The notes beneath the pieces are model-generated. The model saw only the letters and a list, made by a program, of their open reading frames with translations, made no database searches and was not told where the DNA came from. 64,000 bases of DNA, taken from positions 33,554 to 97,553 of the forward strand of contig CAXPPN010000024.1 of NCBI GenBank assembly GCA_964219345.1, read 5' to 3'. The DNA is from Aeromicrobium sp. Lineage in GTDB: Bacteria; Bacteroidota; Bacteroidia; Flavobacteriales; Flavobacteriaceae. A program made the translations under genes and the position numbers. How positions within the stretch are numbered: the first letter of the stretch is position 1; the number at the start of each line of letters is the position of its first letter. Positions 9,592 through 18,244 of the stretch are shown piece by piece.

Positions 9592-10011
9592 ATGCAATTT
9601 AAAATTATTGTCCCAAAAAATATTCATTTGGTAGTGCCTTTAGTGAAGAAAATGGCAAAAGAATCTATTTCTGATGCGCTTCTTTTAGAGCGATTTCAAG
9701 AAATGGTAACTCAAAATTATGAATGTGTAGGGGTTTTTAAAGATGAAGTCCTTGTGGGAGTTGCTGGAATGTGGTTTTGTACGCGTCATTATTCGGGACG
9801 AAGCGTAGAAATTGACCATGTTTTTATAGAAAAGTCTTTAAGGAATCAAGGCATTGGAAGTCAGTTGTTGACTTGGATAGAAAATTATACAGCATCAAAA
9901 GGCTATGAAACTATTGAACTCAATACGTATATAGAAAATGAAAAATCACATGATTTTTATGATAGAAAAAACTATAAAAAATTGGGATATCATTTTTTAA
10001 AATCGCTTTAA
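9592..10011 (+). CDS. GNAT family N-acetyltransferase
   Basis: 139 aa with the acetyl-CoA site-like motif RNQGIGSQLL. Confidence 0.75.
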   Translation: MQFKIIVPKNIHLVVPLVKKMAKESISDALLLERFQEMVTQNYECVGVFKDEVLVGVAGMWFCTRHYSGRSVEIDHVFIEKSLRNQGIGSQLLTWIENYTASKGYETIELNTYIENEKSHDFYDRKNYKKLGYHFLKSL

Positions 10012-10014
10012 ATT

Positions 10015-10722
10015 TTAGCGTAATAAACTAAGATCTGTTCCAGATTCTACTTCGTAGGCTTCTTTTTTTTGTTCAAAAATTCTTGCTTTCAAAGGTCCCT
10101 TAAGTGTTATACGCTCGTCAGAGACTTCCAAGAAGCTACCTTCTCTAAGCCCAACCACTGCTTGTGTATTGAAAAAATGAAACTCTTTAATGCGAGTCTC
10201 TCTTGTTTCTCCCATGTGTTTGCTGTTTGGGTTTGGGTCTAGGTAGTGCGGATTGATATTGAATGGAATGATACTTAGTGCATCAAAACTAGGAGGGTGT
10301 ACAATTGGCATATCGTTGGAAGTCCCCATCGTTTGACCACAAATATTACTACCAGCACTTGTTCCCAAGTATGGTGTTCCAGATTGAATTACCGATTTTA
10401 AGGTATCAAAAACATCATTTTTATACAATTCATCGAGCAATACAAAACTATTCCCTCCTCCAACAAAAATGCCTTTGGCTTCTAAAAGTGCTTTTTTAGG
10501 GTTTTCAAATTGATGAATTCCAACGATATTTTTATCAATTTTTTGAAATGCTTTTTGAACAATTTCAGTATATGCATCGTGACTCAAACCACTTGGCCGA
10601 GCATAGGGAATAAAAAGAATAGTTTCAGTGGATTGAAAAAAGAGTGTCAATTTCTCCAAAAGGTAATCTAAATAACCACTTCCATAAATTGTAGAAGTAC
10701 TAGCAATGATTAGTTTTTTCAT
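10015..10722 (-). CDS. pepE: dipeptidase E (peptidase S51)
   Basis: GGGNSFVLL and GTSAGS nucleophile-elbow motifs; 235 aa. Confidence 0.83.
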   Translation of the reverse strand: MKKLIIASTSTIYGSGYLDYLLEKLTLFFQSTETILFIPYARPSGLSHDAYTEIVQKAFQKIDKNIVGIHQFENPKKALLEAKGIFVGGGNSFVLLDELYKNDVFDTLKSVIQSGTPYLGTSAGSNICGQTMGTSNDMPIVHPPSFDALSIIPFNINPHYLDPNPNSKHMGETRETRIKEFHFFNTQAVVGLREGSFLEVSDERITLKGPLKARIFEQKKEAYEVESGTDLSLLR

Positions 10723-10788
10723 TAAAATGATTTTATTGGCACAACGATTTTTTCTTTTGTAAATTTATACAAAATTAAATGAATCCTT

Positions 10789-11586
10789 TTGACATTATTT
10801 TTCAAATATTTTAGTTCTATTGTTTTACTTTTTTTCTTCACTTTGATTCAAGCTCAAACACGTGAATTTTCAGGAATTGTAAAAGCAGATGGAAATGTAG
10901 AAGGTATTCATATCATCAATAAAACGTCGTATCGTTACGCTACTACCGACAAAAGTGGGGGGTTTATAATTCAAGCAAAATTATCCGATTCATTATATTT
11001 TTCATCAATACAATATACTCCAAAAATTGTGGTAATAACTCCAAATATTCTTAAAGATAGTTTTATAGAAGTGCGCTTGGAAGACAGTGTGACTGAGCTA
11101 GATGAGGTTACAGTTGGAAAAATATTAACAGGAGATTTAAATTCAGATATTACTAATTCTGATGCCGAACGTCCTTTAGATTTTTATGATGTGGGTATTC
11201 CAGGATATACTGGTACAAGAAAAACACAAATTGAAAGTAGACTATATGAGGCAGATGCTGGAAAAATGGTATACCTAGGCTTTCCATATGCGATGCTTAA
11301 CCTCAATAAATTTTTAAATAAAATTACAGGTCGTACAAAAAAATTAAAACAAGCGGTCAAGATTGAAAAAGAAAGAAATATACTCACACACATTAAAGAA
11401 GTTGTAGGTCCAGAACTATTTAAAATAGAGAATCTTTCAGAAGAACTTGTGCCACAATTTTATTATTTCTGTGCTGATGATCCCAATTTTCAGCAACGCT
11501 GCGCCAATAGGAGCGATGTGCAAATTCTTCAGTTTTTACAAGAAAAACTAAAGGAATTCAAAGCCAACAATTTATCAGAAAATTAA
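10789..11586 (+). CDS. carboxypeptidase-regulatory-like domain protein (secreted, function unknown)
   Basis: Signal peptide and a CarboxypepD_reg-like N-terminal motif (FSGIVK...TDKSGGFII). TTG start. Confidence 0.5.
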   Translation: MTLFFKYFSSIVLLFFFTLIQAQTREFSGIVKADGNVEGIHIINKTSYRYATTDKSGGFIIQAKLSDSLYFSSIQYTPKIVVITPNILKDSFIEVRLEDSVTELDEVTVGKILTGDLNSDITNSDAERPLDFYDVGIPGYTGTRKTQIESRLYEADAGKMVYLGFPYAMLNLNKFLNKITGRTKKLKQAVKIEKERNILTHIKEVVGPELFKIENLSEELVPQFYYFCADDPNFQQRCANRSDVQILQFLQEKLKEFKANNLSEN

Positions 11587-11613
11587 AGGAATACTTCCTA
11601 TCTTTGTACCATT

Positions 11614-11895
11614 ATGAATGCTCTGCCATTGTTTATTAGTAGTACCGAAATTGTTTTCATTCTTTTTATTGTGATTATGGTTTTTGGTGCCGATAAAATC
11701 CCCGACATTGCAAAAGGGTTGGGTAAAGGCATGCGCACCCTAAAAAATGCTTCAAATGATATAAAAACTGAAATCCAACGCAGTGCAGAAAAGCAAGGTA
11801 TAGACACCGATTTGACTAAAGATATCAATGAAGAAATCAATAAAGTTAAAGAAGAAATAGAGGACCTAACAGGTTCAGTTCGTCGAAAATTATAA
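11614..11895 (+). CDS. tatA: twin-arginine translocase TatA/TatE family subunit
   Basis: TM segment followed by FGADKIPDIAKGLGKGMRTLKNA (TatA hinge/amphipathic helix). Confidence 0.8.
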   Translation: MNALPLFISSTEIVFILFIVIMVFGADKIPDIAKGLGKGMRTLKNASNDIKTEIQRSAEKQGIDTDLTKDINEEINKVKEEIEDLTGSVRRKL

Positions 11896-11896
11896 C

Positions 11897-12538
11897 TTAT
11901 TTTTTCACGCTTACAGTCAATCCATCACGTATGGGGAGCAGCACTGTTTCCAAGCGATGATCTTCTTTTAAAAGGCGATTGTATTCCAAAACAATTTTTG
12001 TTGATGCGTCATTTTCATCTATGGCCTCAATGACTTTTCCACTCCACAATACGTTATCAGAAAGAATAACACCTCCAGGGTTTAGTTGATCTATAATTTG
12101 ATGAAAATAATTAATATAATTGGGCTTATCTGCGTCCATAAATACCAAATCGAAAGTTGTGTCCAATGTTGGAATAATTTCCAAAGCAGGCCCCAAATGT
12201 TGATGAATTTGAGTACCATACTTCGACCGATCAAAATACTTTCTTTGAAAATCTACCAATTCTTCATTGATATCAATCGTATGTAGCACGCCATCATTTT
12301 GAAGTCCTTCGGCCAAACAAAGTGCAGAATACCCTGTAAATGTTCCCAATTCTAGAATTGTTTTTGGGCGAATAAGTTTAGATAGCATACTTAAAACACG
12401 ACCTTGATAGTGACCACTAAGCATTCGAGGTTGTAATATTTTTTGGTATGTTTCACGAGTTAATGCCTGTAAAAGTTCTGGTTCATCTGCTGAATGTTGA
12501 ACAACATAATCATCTAATTCATCTGAAATGAAATGCAT
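11897..12538 (-). CDS. class I SAM-dependent O-methyltransferase (caffeoyl-CoA OMT-like)
   Basis: 213 aa with LELGTFTGYSAL and FMDADK motifs. Its ATG overlaps the upstream ACMSD stop by 1 nt (TAATG). Confidence 0.8.
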   Translation of the reverse strand: MHFISDELDDYVVQHSADEPELLQALTRETYQKILQPRMLSGHYQGRVLSMLSKLIRPKTILELGTFTGYSALCLAEGLQNDGVLHTIDINEELVDFQRKYFDRSKYGTQIHQHLGPALEIIPTLDTTFDLVFMDADKPNYINYFHQIIDQLNPGGVILSDNVLWSGKVIEAIDENDASTKIVLEYNRLLKEDHRLETVLLPIRDGLTVSVKK

Positions 12539-13620
12539 TATCCTAAAATTTTCTGTGTAAATTCTTCAATTTTTTTCTGATCATTACCAAACAACCATCG
12601 CAACACATTGTCTTCCCAAATTTCATCATATTGTTCTTGATTAATGATGTTTCTTTCTTTTGCTAGATCCAATAATTTTCCTGGGTAAGATGATTGTGCC
12701 TCACTTTCCATTTCCCCAAGCGGGTAGGGGTCGTCTAGTCCCATAATGATTTGATTGCTTCCTTGTCTTTTGAGCATCAAATTAAAAGAATCTGTATCGT
12801 GAACCAAAGTGTCAAAATATATATTTGGGTGTCCAACAGCTTTTCGTGGATGCGTTTTTCCATCAAATAAATCGGGGCGTCCATCAAATCCTTGTATACG
12901 TCTTCCAAGATTCATTTGTGCCATTTGTCCACCGTGTGCAAAACAGGTTCTAATGTTCGGAAAACGTTCTTGCATTCCGTTTAAGGTATAAAAATGATAA
13001 GCGTCTCCACATTGAGCCAACATCCAAATCAAATGAAAACGCCATGAGGTATTTTCAAGTTTAATCATTTTATCGCCATCGTAGGGGTGTACTTCAATGG
13101 CTAAATTATATTTGTTTGCCAATTCAAAAATAGCGTCATTTTCTCTATCAAAAACACTTCGCCATTGGCCAATACTATCCATAAAATGTGTAGGCAGGCA
13201 CAGTACTTTTAGGTCTAATTCTTCAACACATCGTTCAATTTCCCATAAGGCGCCATGAATAAATCCTGGATGGACAACAAAACCACAAGTAAACTTTTTG
13301 CCATGCTTTTGTTGAATTTTAGCATTAAAATCATTTTGAAAACGCAAGGCTTTTTTCATCATCTCGAGACGTAATCCATTCCCATACAATTGAGAGAGAT
13401 TCAGTACAACGGCATGATCAATTTTATTTTTCTCCATCCAATCTAGTTTTTCATCAAGAAAAAAACTAGAATGGGTTACTGGACGACTCCAACCTTTTTG
13501 AAGCATATATTTTCTTTCGTCATCAACCCAAAAAATTTCTTTGTCTTTCATAAATTGAGGGATTTCCTCTGGATATGGAAGCAAGTGTGAGTGTCCGTTG
13601 ATGCGCAGTTTACGTTTCAT
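12538..13620 (-). CDS. amidohydrolase, probable 2-amino-3-carboxymuconate-6-semialdehyde decarboxylase (ACMSD)
   Basis: N-terminal INGHSHLLP HxH metal motif, 360 aa, and context next to 3-HAO within the kynurenine operon. Confidence 0.72.
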   Translation of the reverse strand: MKRKLRINGHSHLLPYPEEIPQFMKDKEIFWVDDERKYMLQKGWSRPVTHSSFFLDEKLDWMEKNKIDHAVVLNLSQLYGNGLRLEMMKKALRFQNDFNAKIQQKHGKKFTCGFVVHPGFIHGALWEIERCVEELDLKVLCLPTHFMDSIGQWRSVFDRENDAIFELANKYNLAIEVHPYDGDKMIKLENTSWRFHLIWMLAQCGDAYHFYTLNGMQERFPNIRTCFAHGGQMAQMNLGRRIQGFDGRPDLFDGKTHPRKAVGHPNIYFDTLVHDTDSFNLMLKRQGSNQIIMGLDDPYPLGEMESEAQSSYPGKLLDLAKERNIINQEQYDEIWEDNVLRWLFGNDQKKIEEFTQKILG

Positions 13621-13629
13621 TTTTGTGAT

Positions 13630-14154
13630 TTATAAATTATTTGGAGCTTCCATTTTTGCACCGCATTTATCGCAAGTACATTTTTCGGTATCGGAATAAT
13701 AGCGGTCAAAAATTGCCGGCATATCTGTTTCAATATTTTGTAGTGTAAATGGTTCTCTATAAAGCTGATGACTACATTGCTCACAATACCATTCCAACGC
13801 ATCTTGAACGCCTTCTGCTCTTGGATATTCAATGACCAGTCCAACAGTATTGGCGCCTCGTTGAGGTGAGTGTGGTACTTTTGCAGGTAGTAAATAGATG
13901 TCACCTTCTTTGATATGCACATCTTTTGATGCACCATTTTCAATTATTTTCAAAATAATATCACCTTCAATTTGATAGAAAAATTCAGGTGTTTCATTGT
14001 AATGATAATCTTTTCTATTGTTTGGTCCTCCAACAACCATCACAATAAATTCACCGTCTTTCCAAACACATTTGTTACCAACAGGGGGCTTTAATAGATC
14101 ACGATTTTCTTCAATCCAAGCCCTAAAATTAAGTGGGGATACTAGCGTACTCAT
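13630..14154 (-). CDS. nbaC: 3-hydroxyanthranilate 3,4-dioxygenase
   Basis: 174-aa cupin with C-terminal CxxC...CxxC (CEQC, CDKC), typical of bacterial HAO. Confidence 0.87.
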   Translation of the reverse strand: MSTLVSPLNFRAWIEENRDLLKPPVGNKCVWKDGEFIVMVVGGPNNRKDYHYNETPEFFYQIEGDIILKIIENGASKDVHIKEGDIYLLPAKVPHSPQRGANTVGLVIEYPRAEGVQDALEWYCEQCSHQLYREPFTLQNIETDMPAIFDRYYSDTEKCTCDKCGAKMEAPNNL

Positions 14155-14187
14155 GGTATTCTTTTTTTTGTTGTTATTGCTATAAAG

Positions 14188-14970
14188 TTACAAAGATTTT
14201 GTTCGTCCACCATCAACTGGAATATTTATTCCATTGATATAGCCTGCAGCTTCACTGGCCAAAAACACAATAGTATTGGCAGTTTCTTCTGGTTTTGCAA
14301 AGCGTTTAGCAGGGGTATATGTTTTCATAATACGTTCCATTTCTTTAAATGAAACATTGGCTTTTTTTGCTTTGACTTCAATAATTTCGTTCAATCGTTC
14401 AGTCTCTGTAAATCCAGGTAATACATTATTGACTGTAATTCCAAAAGCCCCCAATTCGAATGAAAGTGTTTTACTCCAATTTCCAACGGCATTGCGAATA
14501 GTATTGCTTACCCCCAAACCTTCGATAGGTTCTTTTACAGAAGTTGAAATCACATTAATAATGCGTCCATATTTCTCAGATTTCATAAAAGGAACAACAA
14601 GTTGTGTCAAAATATGATTGCATTTTAAATGTTGTGTAAATGCAGATTCAAATTGTTCTAAAGTCGCCTCTAAAATAGCACCACTTCGAGGTCCTCCGGT
14701 ATTATTGATAAGAATATGAAATCCTTTATGTGAGTTTAAATATTTTTCAACATTTATTTTTAGTTCTTCAGGATTTGAAAAATCGGCAACTATATAATCA
14801 TGAGCCGCAGTTTTTGGTAATTCGGATACTATTTTTTTGAGTTTTTCTTCGTTACGAGCCACAAGCGTAACACGTGTACCTTCACTGGCTAGTGCAACAG
14901 CAGTAGCATGCCCAATCCCTTGAGTACTTCCACAAACTAACGCCGATTTGTTATTTAAATTTAACTCCAT
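14188..14970 (-). CDS. SDR family oxidoreductase
   Basis: GSTQGIGHA nucleotide-binding motif, NNTGG, and a classical SDR length of 260 aa. Confidence 0.85.
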   Translation of the reverse strand: MELNLNNKSALVCGSTQGIGHATAVALASEGTRVTLVARNEEKLKKIVSELPKTAAHDYIVADFSNPEELKINVEKYLNSHKGFHILINNTGGPRSGAILEATLEQFESAFTQHLKCNHILTQLVVPFMKSEKYGRIINVISTSVKEPIEGLGVSNTIRNAVGNWSKTLSFELGAFGITVNNVLPGFTETERLNEIIEVKAKKANVSFKEMERIMKTYTPAKRFAKPEETANTIVFLASEAAGYINGINIPVDGGRTKSL

Positions 14971-14976
14971 ATCATC

Positions 14977-16422
14977 TTATTCATAATTAATACATACATT
15001 TTTTGCTTCCGTAAAAAAGCGTAAGACTTCAAAACCACCTTCACATCCAACCCCAGATGATTTTGCACCTCCAAAAGGGGTACGCAAATCGCGTTGCAGC
15101 CATGTATTGATCCATACAATTCCTGTTTGCAATTGCTCTGAAAAATAGAGACTTCGTTTTAGATTATTGGTCCAAACTGTAGCGGACAGACCATATTTTA
15201 CATTATTAGCTAGTTTTAGAGCTTCTGTGTCTCCTTTGAACGGCATCAAAGTAACCACTGGTCCAAAAATTTCTTCTTGATTTAATACACAGTCATTAGA
15301 TGAAACTTCAATAACTGTAGGCTGCATATAGTATCCATTTTTTCCATTTTCAACAGAAACACGCTCACCTCCATACAAAACAGTTGCATTCTCTTGTTTT
15401 ACTTGTTCTATATAGCTCAAAACTTTGTCTAGATGAGGTTTGGAGACTAATGCACCAATATCAATGTTTTTTTCTGATGGTAGACCTACTTTTAATTGTT
15501 TTACTTTTTCAATAAAATCATTTTTAAATTGCTCATAAATCGACGCTTCTACAAAAATCCGACTTCCACAAAGACAAATTTGTCCTTGATTTGCAAACGA
15601 AGATTTAACGGTAGTTGAAAGCATTTTCTTATAATCACAATCTGCAAATATGATATTAGGATTTTTCCCTCCCAATTCGAGAGATAATTTTTTAAAAAGT
15701 GGCGCTGCTGTTTTAGCAATATGTGCACCTGTTTTTGTTCCTCCGGTAAATGAAATTGCTTTGATGTTTGGATGCTCCACAATGGCCTGACCTGTTGTGG
15801 TGCCCATTCCATGAACAATATTTAGAACCCCTTTTGGAAGTCCTGCTTTGGTGCATATTTCTGCCAACAAAAAAGCAGTATAAGGGGTAACTTCACTAGG
15901 CTTGGCCACTACGCAGTTTCCTGCGGCTAGTGCTGGTGCTATTTTCCATGTAAAGAGGTAAAGAGGTAAGTTCCAAGGTGAAATACAACCCACTACACCA
16001 ATGGGTTGGCGTAAGGTAAAATTGATGTTTTTTTGTGAAATTTGTTCGTGACTTTCGCTATAAAACTGTGTTATTGCTTGGCTGAAAAACCTAAAATTAA
16101 GTGCTGCTCTAGGGATATCCACTTTTTTGGCTAAACTTAATGGTTTGCCATTATCCATGCTCTCGGCAACCGCCAATGTATCTAATTTTGATACAATCAA
16201 ATCGGCTATTTTATAAAGAATTTCACTACGCTGTTCGACCGATGTTTTGGACCACGAAGCAAATGCATTATTGGCCGCTTTATAGGCCTCTTCAACATCT
16301 TTATCAGTCGAATTGGGTAGTTTACCATACACTACACCAGTACTCGGGTCTATGGCCTCTAACCATTCGTTGTTTGAGGACTCGTAATAGGTTCCGTTGA
16401 TGTAATTTTTTATGGTAATCAT
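14977..16422 (-). CDS. NAD-dependent aldehyde dehydrogenase, probable 2-aminomuconate-6-semialdehyde dehydrogenase
   Basis: ALDH motifs LELGGKNP and FANQGQICLCGSR. Substrate is inferred from context only. Confidence 0.8.
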   Translation of the reverse strand: MITIKNYINGTYYESSNNEWLEAIDPSTGVVYGKLPNSTDKDVEEAYKAANNAFASWSKTSVEQRSEILYKIADLIVSKLDTLAVAESMDNGKPLSLAKKVDIPRAALNFRFFSQAITQFYSESHEQISQKNINFTLRQPIGVVGCISPWNLPLYLFTWKIAPALAAGNCVVAKPSEVTPYTAFLLAEICTKAGLPKGVLNIVHGMGTTTGQAIVEHPNIKAISFTGGTKTGAHIAKTAAPLFKKLSLELGGKNPNIIFADCDYKKMLSTTVKSSFANQGQICLCGSRIFVEASIYEQFKNDFIEKVKQLKVGLPSEKNIDIGALVSKPHLDKVLSYIEQVKQENATVLYGGERVSVENGKNGYYMQPTVIEVSSNDCVLNQEEIFGPVVTLMPFKGDTEALKLANNVKYGLSATVWTNNLKRSLYFSEQLQTGIVWINTWLQRDLRTPFGGAKSSGVGCEGGFEVLRFFTEAKNVCINYE

Positions 16423-16823
16423 TACTGTTTTTTATAAGCTACTACTTTTATTTCAATCACTAGGTCGGGGTGTGGAAGTTGATGTACTGCTACGGTAGTT
16501 CTTGTTGGTCCTGTATCAGTATCAAAAAACTCTGCATAGGCCTTGTTATAATCTGCAAAATCATTCATATTAACCAAAAATGAGGTCACATCTACCACAT
16601 CTGCTAATGATGCTCCCTCTTTAGCTAAATTTTTATCAATGTTTTGAAGTACTTCTCGGGTTTGAACGGCCACATCCAATTTTTTTGTGCCCATACTGTC
16701 TATTTGCTCTGCCCCTGCAATACTATTGTCTGCTCGTCTAGAACTTGTTCCAGAAACAAAAATAAAATCACCTACACGTTTTGTGTGTGGATAGGCGCCT
16801 CTTGGTGTGACTGTTTTACTCAT
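16422..16823 (-). CDS. RidA/YjgF family protein, candidate 2-aminomuconate deaminase
   Basis: 133-aa RidA fold (TTVAV...IEIKVVA). Its stop overlaps the ALDH start by 1 nt. Confidence 0.8.
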   Translation of the reverse strand: MSKTVTPRGAYPHTKRVGDFIFVSGTSSRRADNSIAGAEQIDSMGTKKLDVAVQTREVLQNIDKNLAKEGASLADVVDVTSFLVNMNDFADYNKAYAEFFDTDTGPTRTTVAVHQLPHPDLVIEIKVVAYKKQ

Positions 16824-16840
16824 AATTTAAAATTTTACAG

Positions 16841-18244
16841 TTAATGATTTAAGGTTTTAGCAATCTTATCATCTTCCAAAATGGAATTGGTTTCTTTTTT
16901 AATTTTTTCATAAAGCGATGAAATGGATATGTTTTGGTCGATCCCCTCATCATTAATCATATTTAATATGGCCTTATCTTGTGCTCTTCCTCTAATCATG
17001 GCCTCGTGATAGCCCATATCTTCCCTAAAAGTAACCATTGAATATTTAGAAAAGTAATCGTTTGGGAGTTCTGTTTCTAAAGTCATTTCTAAGGCACGTT
17101 TTTTCTGAAAAAGGGCATTTGCGACATGGTCTTTCATTTCGTGGAAATTATCAATAGCCAAGTCTGCAATACCGTCTGCGTCTATTTTTCGCTTTTGTTG
17201 AAAGGCTTTAAATGTTTTTTCCCAGTTGCCATCATGCTGCTCTAAAAAAGTATCAAATTCTACAACATCCTCAAAGGAAGCATTCATCCCTTGACCATAA
17301 AAAGGTACAATAGCATGTGCTGCATCTCCGAGTAACAGGTTTTTGCCTTTAAATTGCCATGGAAAACATTTTACAGTGCCTAGTGGTGCTGTTGGATTTT
17401 CAAAAAATTCTGATGCCAAATTTGGCATCAACTCTAAAGCATCTGGAAATTCATTTTTAAAGAAATTCAATACTTTTTCTTTGGTTGTCAGATTGTTGAA
17501 GTTGTAGGTTCCACCTTCGTAAGCCAAAAATAGAGTTACGGTAAAACTTCCATCCAAATTTGGTAATGCTATAATCATATACTCACCTCTTGGCCAAATG
17601 TGAAGTGCGTTTTTAAATGCTCTAAACGCACCATCTTTAGAGGGAGGAATAGTCAATTCTTTATAGCAATGTGTTAGAAAATTTTGAGAAAAACTAAATA
17701 AAAACTTACGTTCCAAAAAGTAACTTTTTCGCAGTGCTGAACCTGCTCCATCGGTTCCAAAAATAAGGTCTGCGGTGCAGTCAAAAGTTTGTCCATTTTC
17801 AGTATTGATGAAATTGGCAGTGTTATTTTCAAAATCAACAGCATTACATTTACTATTGAATTCAATTTTTACATTTTCAAGTGCTTCGGCCTCATCCATT
17901 AGAAGCGCAGTAAGCAGCTCTCTTGATATCGAATTTATGTATTCGTCTTCGCGCCCGCTGTACCTAGAGAGTTTTGTTTTACCCTCTCTATCATGTAACA
18001 TACGGCCATGCATTGGAATACAAAGTTTCATGACTTTATCTTCCAAACCAACCATTTTCATGGCTTTGATGCCTCTGTTGGAAAAGGCCAAATTGATAGA
18101 CCGTCCAGCGCTGATATCAACTTTTCTTAGGTCTGGTCTAAGCTCCATAACACGGACGTTGTATCCTCTTTGTCCTAGACGTAATGCCAAAAGAGAACCA
18201 CACAGCCCAGCTCCAATAATTAAAATAGTTTCTTTTTGTTTCAT
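16841..18244 (-). CDS. kmo: kynurenine 3-monooxygenase
   Basis: FAD motif IIGAGLCGS, a GDAAH motif, and 467 aa. Overlaps the kynU stop by 4 nt. Confidence 0.87.
   Translation of the reverse strand: MKQKETILIIGAGLCGSLLALRLGQRGYNVRVMELRPDLRKVDISAGRSINLAFSNRGIKAMKMVGLEDKVMKLCIPMHGRMLHDREGKTKLSRYSGREDEYINSISRELLTALLMDEAEALENVKIEFNSKCNAVDFENNTANFINTENGQTFDCTADLIFGTDGAGSALRKSYFLERKFLFSFSQNFLTHCYKELTIPPSKDGAFRAFKNALHIWPRGEYMIIALPNLDGSFTVTLFLAYEGGTYNFNNLTTKEKVLNFFKNEFPDALELMPNLASEFFENPTAPLGTVKCFPWQFKGKNLLLGDAAHAIVPFYGQGMNASFEDVVEFDTFLEQHDGNWEKTFKAFQQKRKIDADGIADLAIDNFHEMKDHVANALFQKKRALEMTLETELPNDYFSKYSMVTFREDMGYHEAMIRGRAQDKAILNMINDEGIDQNISISSLYEKIKKETNSILEDDKIAKTLNH

Noticed and set aside
10777-10812. 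An ATG at 10779 in a different frame from the 10789 TTG-initiated ORF, raising the possibility of another signal-peptide frameshift like the one at 48467.
   Set aside because: The ATG frame stops after 11 codons and does not produce a better leader when shifted. The TTG-initiated MTLFFKYFSSIVLLFFFTLIQAQ is already a good signal peptide.
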